From NCBI GenBank assembly GCA_044342325.1, contig JBIIPZ010000040.1:1-24721 (forward strand): a stretch of DNA of 24,721 nucleotides, in the 5' to 3' direction. The DNA comes from Terrimicrobiaceae bacterium (GTDB taxonomy: Bacteria > Verrucomicrobiota > Verrucomicrobiia > Chthoniobacterales > Terrimicrobiaceae). A program made the translations under genes and the position numbers. This document shows positions 17,342-24,721 of this stretch, in pieces. Below the pieces are notes generated by a model. It was not told the origin of the DNA. It searched no databases and saw nothing but the letters and a program-made list of their open reading frames with translations. Position 1 is the first letter of the stretch. The number at the start of each line of letters is the position of its first letter.

Positions 17342-17794
17342 CTAGTCGCCAGCTTTACGCGCGATGTCCTTCATCATGGGACCGAACTCGGCGTTCCAGA
17401 CGCCAAAAAGAGGCCTCTCATTATCAAATCCAGCCTCCCCCGCATCGCTCACGGAAAAAACTTTGGGCTCAAGGCGAATATTGTCGGTTCCCGGAATTGG
17501 CACCATGGCCAGGCGAACCCGGATCGTTTGTGGATTGCCGTAGCTTCCCCACATGACATTTCCAAAGCCGCCGGCGGGTTTGTCAAAAGAGATCGAATTG
17601 GGATAGTCGACTCCAGAGAGCGTGTAGCCACGCGATGCAAAGACATTTCGGGCGGCGGCCGTGACGGCATCCGCATTCGTATCGTGAACCGTCACTGCCC
17701 CGATTCCACCTGAGCTGGTGATGGGAGACGAGAGGCATCCAACAAGACACCATGAAGAAATCACAACTGCGGCGAGGGTGAAGATTCGAATCAT
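17342..17794 (-). CDS. hypothetical lipoprotein
   Basis: Lipobox LVG|C after a hydrophobic signal; 150 aa; fills the gap between menE and dnaN. Confidence 0.75.
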   Translation of the reverse strand: MIRIFTLAAVVISSWCLVGCLSSPITSSGGIGAVTVHDTNADAVTAAARNVFASRGYTLSGVDYPNSISFDKPAGGFGNVMWGSYGNPQTIRVRLAMVPIPGTDNIRLEPKVFSVSDAGEAGFDNERPLFGVWNAEFGPMMKDIARKAGD

Positions 17795-17800
17795 CCCGCT

Positions 17801-17829
17801 TCGCTATCAAAGAACACGCTCTCGGGCAA
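17801..17829 (-). promoter_or_regulatory. sigma70-like promoter, leaderless geometry, overlapping the menE stop
   Basis: TTGCCC-17 nt-TAGCGA (preceded by TGA)-6 nt-ATG(17794). Confidence 0.4.
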
Positions 17830-19156
17830 GTCGGCTGAAAAAATCAAAGTTCACTTTGGCATCATCCGGCGACACCTCGCTAGGCCAAGGCAGGAAGGCG
17901 TCAGGAACATAAAAACCCTCAAGGCGGGCTTTTAGAAATTCCTTCAGTCGATCCGGACTCGCGTCGCCAGCAACAAAAGCAACTGGGCGGGCACCGAATT
18001 CCTCATTTGGCACTCCCACGACAACCACGCGTTGCACCTGCGGAAAAGATGCCAGCAAAGTCTCGATGACCTCAGGGCAAATATTCTCACCTCCGGAAAT
18101 AAACATGCGACTCCGGCGCCCGCTGACGACGAGATTTCCTGCAGGATCAAAACTTCCGGCATCGCCCGTGGAGAACCAACCATCGCAAGTCAGCGCCTCG
18201 CGCAGTTCCCCTCCCGAAAAGATGGCCCGGGGCAAAATCGCGCCTCGCACTTGAATTTCTCCATCATTCGAGATGCGAACCTCCCGACCCGGAAGCGCCT
18301 TGCCTGCGTAAATAGATCGGGGAACTGAATGCAATCGCTCACTGGTGGTGATCTGTGACGCCGTCTCAGTCATTCCATAGGTGATGTGAAGCGGGACACC
18401 GGCCTCTAAGGCATCCGAGACGAGACCTTGATCAACAGGCCCTCCGCCGAGGAGAACGGCCTGCAAATGGGAAAACGAAGCCCCCTCTGCGAGGAGTCGC
18501 CGCAACTGAACCCCCACGACGGAGGCATGGGTGAGCGTGGTATCTTCTATTTGATTTTTGAATGGGGAATTGTGATCGGGAAAGACAACCGTGGCACCTG
18601 CGAGCAGGCAGCGGATGAGTATCGAAAACCCGCTCACATGATTCAGCGGAAGTGAAAGCAACCAGGCGCAACCAGGACGGAGCGGCATGATCTCTCCAGC
18701 GCCCAGGGCATTTGCAATGTGGGACTCCAAGTCATGCCAGACCGCGCGAGGCTCGCCAGTTGAGCCAGATGTGAAAAGCAGCGTTCCGGCCGATGCGGCC
18801 CTGATCTGGCGTATACGGGGTGACAAAGTGGAAAATTCCTCGGCTTTCCAAAAACCTCCAGCGCCAATCAACACAGCCCGCTTGAGTGCCTCAGGTTCAG
18901 GCAAACGGGGACTCAGTGGCACAATCAAGCAATCCCGCTCGAGCAATGCGAGCAAGAGGGTGGCGTGAGAGAAATCCGGCGCAGCCCAAGTGGCAAATGG
19001 TCTCGTGGCATCGAAAGAAAATCCAGCCAGCCGCGAGGACAAAAATGACTCCAACTCGGAATAACGAACCGAGCGCCCGCTGGCGCGGTCAAGCAAAGCC
19101 ACGGCATCACCGAAACCTGCAGCTTTAGAGAGGATGGAGTTTTGAAATGTCGACAT
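17807..19156 (-). CDS. menE: O-succinylbenzoate-CoA ligase
   Basis: ANL motifs FTSGSTGEP, LPLNHVSG, LLGG, TYGMTETASQ, TGD, MFISGGENI; located in the men cluster. Start ATG 19156 inferred (32-bp overlap with menC). Confidence 0.88.
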   Translation of the reverse strand: MSTFQNSILSKAAGFGDAVALLDRASGRSVRYSELESFLSSRLAGFSFDATRPFATWAAPDFSHATLLLALLERDCLIVPLSPRLPEPEALKRAVLIGAGGFWKAEEFSTLSPRIRQIRAASAGTLLFTSGSTGEPRAVWHDLESHIANALGAGEIMPLRPGCAWLLSLPLNHVSGFSILIRCLLAGATVVFPDHNSPFKNQIEDTTLTHASVVGVQLRRLLAEGASFSHLQAVLLGGGPVDQGLVSDALEAGVPLHITYGMTETASQITTSERLHSVPRSIYAGKALPGREVRISNDGEIQVRGAILPRAIFSGGELREALTCDGWFSTGDAGSFDPAGNLVVSGRRSRMFISGGENICPEVIETLLASFPQVQRVVVVGVPNEEFGARPVAFVAGDASPDRLKEFLKARLEGFYVPDAFLPWPSEVSPDDAKVNFDFFSRLARERVL

Positions 19157-20114
19157 CCGGTAAACGGTGTTCCCCGTGGAAAATAAAATCACGCAAATCA
19201 AGGCGCTCGCAAAGCACATCCTCCTCAAGGCGCGAGTAGGTATCGAGTCCCACTGCCGATTCATAAGGCAGGGCTAGGGCGAACTTCCCGAGGGCATGAA
19301 TACCGACCCCCGACTCGTAGCAGGCGCTCACGACTGAGGCCATGCCAAGCGACGCACCCGCTTCCGCAAAATCCATGGACACCTTGAAACCTCCCATGAG
19401 AGTGGGCTTAAGGACAAGAGCCGACGCGCCCTTGAAAGCAGGAAGTTTTGAAGGGCTGATTTCCCGCAGGGTTTCGTCCAGCGCGATTCCAACAGGGCAT
19501 TTTTTTATCAACTCCGGTAGAAGGGAAAAATCCCGAAGTGGCTCCTCGAGATAATCCACCGGAAAGGCCTTGATCGCCTCCGCCACTCGCAGAGTGAGAT
19601 CAAAATCCCAAGCACGGTTGGGATCGATTCGAAAACGGCAGAGACCATTGGCGAGATCAGAAATCTTCCGCAACAATGCTGGCAAGTCCTCGGGAGAAAT
19701 TCCCGCGACTTTGATTTTTAAAAATCGACATCCTCTCGCGAGAGCCGAGCCCGCGCCCTCCAAAATATCCTGAGACGATCCATCGAGCAGCGCATTCAAA
19801 GGAACCCAGCTGCGCCTTGCTTCCCATGGACCATATTTCATCAACGAGCACTTCGCCGCTTCGAAGGCGCAGACAAGAGAGGAAGGCCACTGGCACTCCC
19901 TCTCACCAGCGCGGATGCTGGCAACGACATCGTCCAGAGTCTCCGTGCTCCAACCCGGCAATGGAGCCGCATCCCCCCACCCCACGATGCCCTCGGAGTT
20001 TTCGATACGCAGAAGAATTCCCTCCCTGACCCCTCCGGCAGTCATGGGCAATGCATACCGAAAAAAATTCATCCCCTTCGGCCACCCCTCTTCAGCGCAA
20101 GTGAGGGGTTTCAT
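19125..20114 (-). CDS. menC: O-succinylbenzoate synthase
   Basis: Enolase-superfamily motifs GWGDAAPLPG, KIKV, RIDPN, YLEEP, ALDET, LKP, ESGVG, GLDT. ATGA overlap with menA. Confidence 0.9.
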   Translation of the reverse strand: MKPLTCAEEGWPKGMNFFRYALPMTAGGVREGILLRIENSEGIVGWGDAAPLPGWSTETLDDVVASIRAGERECQWPSSLVCAFEAAKCSLMKYGPWEARRSWVPLNALLDGSSQDILEGAGSALARGCRFLKIKVAGISPEDLPALLRKISDLANGLCRFRIDPNRAWDFDLTLRVAEAIKAFPVDYLEEPLRDFSLLPELIKKCPVGIALDETLREISPSKLPAFKGASALVLKPTLMGGFKVSMDFAEAGASLGMASVVSACYESGVGIHALGKFALALPYESAVGLDTYSRLEEDVLCERLDLRDFIFHGEHRLPDVDISKLHPL

Positions 20115-21016
20115 TTTCGCGTTAACAGAAAGAGGGAAATAACCACAGCCATCGAGAGGCTGGCATTCGCCGTGAGCGGAAAGACGCGATTGATTTCCCT
20201 CATGTCGCGAATGCGAAAAACAGCCACTCCCACCGCGAGGCCGTGCAGGATAGCCGGAAGAAAACAAACTATCGCCATCCACCAATCCAGAAGCCCGTCA
20301 TGCCAGAGCCAAAGGGGCACCAAACACGGAGCGAAAAGGCACAGAGCAATTTCCCAGCGCGCAAAATCCGCACCGAAGCGCACGGCGAGGGTTTTTTTAT
20401 TCGATAGGAGATCGGACTCACGGTCTCGCAGGTTGTTCAGGGCAATCAAAACCACAGAGTAAAACCCAGGCACGGTTCCGAGAATGAGCGATGTCATGGA
20501 AAATTCCCTCGCCTCGACAAAGTAAGTGCCGGAAGTCGCCACCAAGCCGAAAAACACGAAAGTGAAAACATCCCCCAATCCCACATAAGCCAGAGGGAAT
20601 GGTCCCGCTGTGTAGAGGATGCCGCAGAGTATCGATACGACTCCAATCACAGCCACTGGCCATCCTGCCCGTGCGATGAGCCATAGTCCCGCAAGAGAGG
20701 CCACTGCGAAACAGAGTGCCATTCCCCAGAAGACAGTTCGGGGCTTCAGCAACCCAGCCGATGTGACCCTCACGGGGCCGAGGCGATCCGCGCGATCGGC
20801 ACCTTTTTTTGCATCCCAGTAATCATTCGCGAGATTCGTGCCGATCTGGATGAAAATCGCGCCGAGAAATGCCAGACACGCAGCCAGTCCGTCACCCAGT
20901 CCGCGGGAGTAGGCAAGCGCGGTGCCAAGAAGAACCGGAGAGATCGAGGCGAAAAGGGTCTTCGGCCGGCTTGCAATCACCCATGCGCTGAGGGGACTTG
21001 GCGACGACGCACTCAC
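20111..21016 (-). CDS. menA: 1,4-dihydroxy-2-naphthoate polyprenyltransferase
   Basis: [56 protein letters not shown]. Confidence 0.95.
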   Translation of the reverse strand: MSASSPSPLSAWVIASRPKTLFASISPVLLGTALAYSRGLGDGLAACLAFLGAIFIQIGTNLANDYWDAKKGADRADRLGPVRVTSAGLLKPRTVFWGMALCFAVASLAGLWLIARAGWPVAVIGVVSILCGILYTAGPFPLAYVGLGDVFTFVFFGLVATSGTYFVEAREFSMTSLILGTVPGFYSVVLIALNNLRDRESDLLSNKKTLAVRFGADFARWEIALCLFAPCLVPLWLWHDGLLDWWMAIVCFLPAILHGLAVGVAVFRIRDMREINRVFPLTANASLSMAVVISLFLLTRK

Positions 21017-21837
21017 GGACGCTTGGGAAACTTCCCGAAGTCTGGCTGGCGTTTTTCCACAAAAGCATTCCGGCCCTCCTGCCCTTCCTCGGTCATGTAA
21101 TAGAGCAGGGTGGCGTTACCGGCGAGTTCCTGAAGCCCCGCCTGGCCATCGCAGTCAGCATTCAACGCCGCCTTGAGGCAGCGTATCGCAAGCGGAGACT
21201 TGTCGAGAATCTCGCGGCACCATTTCACAGTTTCGATTTCGAGTTCCTCGTAAGGCACGACCGTATTCACGAGACCCATCTCGAGTGCTTGCTTCGCATC
21301 ATAGGTGCGGCACAGGAACCAAATCTCGCGGGCCTTTTTCTGCCCCACAATCCGCGCCAGGTAGCTGGCACCGAACCCACCATCAAAGGAACCAACGCGC
21401 GGACCGGTCTGGCCGAACTTGGCATTCTCGGCGGCGATAGTCAGGTCGCACATGACATGCAGCACATGGCCACCGCCGACCGCCCATCCAGCCACCATCG
21501 CAATGACCGGCTTGGGACAGGTGCGGATCTCGCGCTGAAAATCCAGCACATTCAAGCGCTCCACGCCGCCGGCGTCGGAATACCCGGCGTCGCCACGGAT
21601 TTTCTGGTCTCCCCCGGAGCAAAAGGCCAACTCGCCCTCGCCGGTCAAAATCACCACGCCGATCGAGGAGTCATCCCGCGCGTCCTGCAGTGCTTTGCGC
21701 ATCTCATCCACCGTAAGCGGGCGAAAAGCATTCCGGCGCTCGGGGCGATTGATCGTAATCTTGGCGATGCCCTCCGCCTTTTCATAGCGGATGTCCTCAA
21801 ATTGCAACGCTGCCTTCCAGTCCAATGCAGATTTCAT
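21013..21837 (-). CDS. menB: 1,4-dihydroxy-2-naphthoyl-CoA synthase
   Basis: [55 protein letters not shown]. Start ATG 21837 (MKSALDW). Confidence 0.97.
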   Translation of the reverse strand: MKSALDWKAALQFEDIRYEKAEGIAKITINRPERRNAFRPLTVDEMRKALQDARDDSSIGVVILTGEGELAFCSGGDQKIRGDAGYSDAGGVERLNVLDFQREIRTCPKPVIAMVAGWAVGGGHVLHVMCDLTIAAENAKFGQTGPRVGSFDGGFGASYLARIVGQKKAREIWFLCRTYDAKQALEMGLVNTVVPYEELEIETVKWCREILDKSPLAIRCLKAALNADCDGQAGLQELAGNATLLYYMTEEGQEGRNAFVEKRQPDFGKFPKRP

Positions 21838-21844
21838 GTGCAAA

Positions 21845-21873
21845 ACGCTAACTGGATGACCGCCCTCGGCCAA
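21845..21873 (-). promoter_or_regulatory. sigma70-like promoter, leaderless geometry, for menB
   Basis: TTGGCC-17 nt-TAGCGT-7 nt-ATG(21837). Confidence 0.5.
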
Positions 21874-21889
21874 TGAAATCCTCTTGCCA

Positions 21890-22852
21890 CTACTCCAAAC
21901 AAACGCGGGGATCGACGACGGCGTAGAGGAGGTCTGAAACCAGATTCCCGAGCAGCACAAGTGCCGCCACAATGAAATTCAATGCGACAAGCGTGGGATA
22001 ATCCCGCTCCAGCACGGCTTCGTATCCCAATCGCCCCATGCCAGGGTAGGCAAAGATGGTTTCCACAATGACCGATCCGCCGATGAGCGCGGGGAGAAGT
22101 CCCCCGATGCCGGTAATGAGTGGTCGAATGGAGTTTCTAAGTGCGTGTTTGTAGAAAATCGTATCCTCATCGAGTCCCTTGGCTCGGGCGGTGCGCACAT
22201 ATCCTTCGCGCAGGGTTTCAAGCATGCTGGCCCTTATGTAGCGGGACTGAACGGCAATGCCGCCAAGCGAAAGAATCGTGGCAGGCAGGGCAATGTGCCA
22301 CACGCTATCGAGCCAAAGTGAAGCGGCATTGGGAAAAGCAATGCCGTAAGATTGGGTTCCGAGAACAGGAATGGCGGCATATTTCACCAAGCCGATAATG
22401 GCGAGATTTGCGATCCAGAAGGTCGGCACGGCGATGAAAATAAAGACGCTCAGGGAGGTCAGGGTATCGACCGCCCCTCCGGCGTGCCGAGCGCAGAACA
22501 CACCGATGAGGAGACCGAATGTGAGCGACAGAGTGATGGCGGCGACATTCAGGAGAACCGTCGCGGGAAGTCGCTCGGCAATCCGCCCCAGAACTGGCCG
22601 ATCGTCCTTGATGCTGCGCAACTCCCCAGTGAAGAGGTCGCGCATGTTCAGCCAGTATTGCTCATGCAGGGGCCGGTCGAGGTGGAATTTCTTGCGGAAC
22701 ATTTCCTTCACCTGCGGCGTGATCTTGGGATTCAACTCGCCCCACGGATAGGGACTTCCGGGCGCCAGCGTCACCATGAAAAAAGAAACGATGCTGATGC
22801 AAAAAAGGAGGAAGACACTGACGAGCGAACGGCGGATAAGAAAATTCAACAT
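21890..22852 (-). CDS. peptide/nickel ABC transporter permease (OppB/DppB family)
   Basis: [27 protein letters not shown] loop, [31 protein letters not shown]. Confidence 0.95.
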   Translation of the reverse strand: MLNFLIRRSLVSVFLLFCISIVSFFMVTLAPGSPYPWGELNPKITPQVKEMFRKKFHLDRPLHEQYWLNMRDLFTGELRSIKDDRPVLGRIAERLPATVLLNVAAITLSLTFGLLIGVFCARHAGGAVDTLTSLSVFIFIAVPTFWIANLAIIGLVKYAAIPVLGTQSYGIAFPNAASLWLDSVWHIALPATILSLGGIAVQSRYIRASMLETLREGYVRTARAKGLDEDTIFYKHALRNSIRPLITGIGGLLPALIGGSVIVETIFAYPGMGRLGYEAVLERDYPTLVALNFIVAALVLLGNLVSDLLYAVVDPRVCLE

Positions 22853-22867
22853 GGCGTCGGAGTCTCC

Positions 22868-22897
22868 AGACTACGACGGCGCGGCGCGGTGTGTCAA
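22868..22897 (-). promoter_or_regulatory. sigma70-like promoter for the permease gene
   Basis: TTGACA-18 nt-TAGTCT, 15 nt before ATG 22852. Confidence 0.65.
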
Positions 22898-22906
22898 AAG
22901 AGCGTC

Positions 22907-22935
22907 TTGAAGCAATCCCCTGTCGGGACTACAAG
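22907..22935 (+). promoter_or_regulatory. divergent sigma70-like promoter, leaderless geometry
   Basis: TTGAAG-17 nt-TACAAG-5 nt-ATG(22941). Confidence 0.45.
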
Positions 22936-22940
22936 AACTC

Positions 22941-23333
22941 ATGGCACGCAAACGCAAATCCCCTCCGCGAGCGGGTTGGATCATCGGTCTGTTCACAGTC
23001 GGCATTCTTTTTTTTGCCGCAATTTATCTCCTCGGCTCTAAAGACAGCAACCCCGCACGAACCACACCACCACTCGATGTCGCTTCCTACCTGGCCAATG
23101 CAAACAGCCTGCGAGGGAACATCTACAAACTGCAAGGCACGGTTGCCGAGTCTCTCGCATGGTCGCCTGATTCCGGTCGCCTGATCGCCGTTCAAACGGA
23201 AGACGACATTATACCCATCTTGGTGACGCCAGATTTTAATGCGATGAACATCCAGAAGGAACAGCAGTTGGAATTTATCCTGGAGGTGGACGAAAAAGGC
23301 ATTCTTCGCACACGAAAGGTCACCAAATCATGA
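22941..23333 (+). CDS. membrane-anchored hypothetical protein, possible OB-fold
   Basis: Basic N-terminus MARKRK, one TM helix, beta-rich C-terminal domain; ATGA overlap with the next gene. Confidence 0.8.
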   Translation: MARKRKSPPRAGWIIGLFTVGILFFAAIYLLGSKDSNPARTTPPLDVASYLANANSLRGNIYKLQGTVAESLAWSPDSGRLIAVQTEDDIIPILVTPDFNAMNIQKEQQLEFILEVDEKGILRTRKVTKS

Positions 23334-24721
23334 GAACGCTCCTCGCATTTTGCATCGCCGGTTCGGCAATCGCGTCCACAGCCTCCGCACAAGACAGGGG
23401 ACCAGGCGACTCAAAAGCCGCGACGGGTGGAGCACGCCCACCCCAAGTGAACGAGGGATTTATTGGGAGGGATATACCGGCATTCGATCCCGGCAGCGAA
23501 GTCATGAGCTATGACGGGAAGCTTTGGAATATTAACAACAACCGCCTCTTCCGTGCGCGATTTGAAAAATACCTGAACGCCCCAGCGGCAACTGACAAAA
23601 CCGATGTCGCCTACAGGGAAACAATTGACCGCATTCTGGACCTACTCGCTCCGGGCCATGCGACAAAACAGAATATCAATGCGGCATTTTTGCTTCTGAA
23701 GAAGGCGTCAGAATACAAGGACGACGCCAATCTGTGCCGCACGATGTCCGACGCGATCTATGCCGCGCAGACGAGCTTGGGAACAATTGAAAAACTCAAG
23801 CGCGAGAACGCAACTCTCGAGAAGCAGCGCTCCTCGGCCGAGTGGAACAAGGAAATGGCGGCGAAAAATTCAACACTCGGAATCGCTACCAGTTCCAAGG
23901 ACACGGATGTTGCCAAGGAAAACCAAAAAATCGAGCGCGACGCCAGATTGGCCACGGCAAGCCGTGAACTTTCGGATGTTGGTCAAACAATCGAAAACAA
24001 CAAACTCCGCATCGCAACAATCGAATTAACAGCCAAGGGTCATCTGCAAGCACTGATCATGCAGTATTTCGCCACGCGCCGATTCGAGCATGTCATCATC
24101 GCCAATCGTTTCTACCGGGCCATCTACACGGACGGCGACAACTCCATTGCCATTTACAAGAAGATGGTCGATTCCCTCCCGACCAACAAAGACGCGGGCC
24201 AAGCGAAAATATCCGGCGAACTGAATCCACAAATTTCCGCTACCGAAGGCTTAATGGATCATGATGCCGCCGTCGGAGCCGGAGCTGGAGGAAACGGGAC
24301 GAATGTGAATATCTACAATGGCGCTCCGAGGGCCAGATCCGGCAGTTCCTTTTCCGCAAAAGGCGCTAAGCTGGGAATGGAGAATTTCGGCATCGAAAGC
24401 CTTACAGGAGGCGCGGCCAGCGCTGCGCAGACCATCAGCAAATTGGTGAGCTCGCTCAGCCAAATCGACAGCCTCGCCAATGAAGCGATCCGCGACATCA
24501 ACGAAGGCATCGAGGCCTACAAGTTTCTGCTGGAGCAGGGTGAATTGCAGAGTGCCACTGAGCGGTTGGCCGAGACTTTTGCACTCGGTGAATACATGCC
24601 CAGCGTTCGCTTGTTGCCGAGAGAGGCAAAACGGCGCGCCTTGGAATACTCTCAAAAAACCAACGAGCTTTTGGCTGCGCTGGAAGTCAACGACCTGACA
24701 CGAGCCGAAAAATTGCTGAAC
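23330..24721 (+). CDS. large exported helical/coiled-coil hypothetical protein, 3' truncated by the window (at least 464 aa)
   Basis: My translation from ATG 23330 is open to the window end: MRTLLAFCIAGSAIASTASA|QDRG...NNRLFRARFEKYLNAP...RRFEHVIIANRFYR...LTRAEKLLN. It is missing from the ORF track because there is no stop codon. Confidence 0.88.
   Translation, partial: MRTLLAFCIAGSAIASTASAQDRGPGDSKAATGGARPPQVNEGFIGRDIPAFDPGSEVMSYDGKLWNINNNRLFRARFEKYLNAPAATDKTDVAYRETIDRILDLLAPGHATKQNINAAFLLLKKASEYKDDANLCRTMSDAIYAAQTSLGTIEKLKRENATLEKQRSSAEWNKEMAAKNSTLGIATSSKDTDVAKENQKIERDARLATASRELSDVGQTIENNKLRIATIELTAKGHLQALIMQYFATRRFEHVIIANRFYRAIYTDGDNSIAIYKKMVDSLPTNKDAGQAKISGELNPQISATEGLMDHDAAVGAGAGGNGTNVNIYNGAPRARSGSSFSAKGAKLGMENFGIESLTGGAASAAQTISKLVSSLSQIDSLANEAIRDINEGIEAYKFLLEQGELQSATERLAETFALGEYMPSVRLLPREAKRRALEYSQKTNELLAALEVNDLTRAEKLLN

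Noticed and set aside
16892..17713. 273-aa plus-strand ORF
   Set aside because: Antisense across dnaN and the lipoprotein gene; no motifs.
20998..21876. 292-aa plus-strand ORF
   Set aside because: Antisense shadow of menB.
19157..21972. Long N-terminal extensions of menE, menC and menB in the ORF track
   Set aside because: They overlap neighbouring genes; internal ATGs at 19156, 20114 and 21837 give normal lengths and coupling or promoter geometry.
23758..24698. Several small ORFs near the window end
   Set aside because: Alternative-frame or antisense to the continuous 23330 ORF.

Overview
An ordinary, densely packed chromosomal window with no transposase, integrase or CRISPR array. Gene content and protein style suggest a Verrucomicrobia-type (Spartobacteria/Chthoniobacterales-like) bacterium; this is inference. 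Left to right: tRNA-Glu(TTC); a minus-strand nuoB-nuoC-rnd-nadC run; phoD; an exported FecR-domain protein with 15-aa Ala/Pro repeats; a minus-strand run of two exported hypotheticals, ACT protein, DAACS symporter, coaX, aldose-1-epimerase-like, pdxJ and bioF; a YSC84/SYLF protein; a PhoA-fold alkaline phosphatase; a small membrane protein; dnaN plus a ROK kinase; a lipoprotein; menB-menA-menC-menE; a lone OppB/DppB permease; and a membrane-anchored protein coupled to a large exported protein that runs off the window end and is absent from the ORF track. The best observations are (1) the PhoA-fold enzyme appears to have all three Zn-binding histidines replaced by O-donor residues, (2) about seven sigma70-like promoters sit 5-7 nt before start codons, suggesting widespread leaderless mRNAs, and (3) several uncharacterised exported proteins. 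I cannot demonstrate a complete new system from sequence alone.
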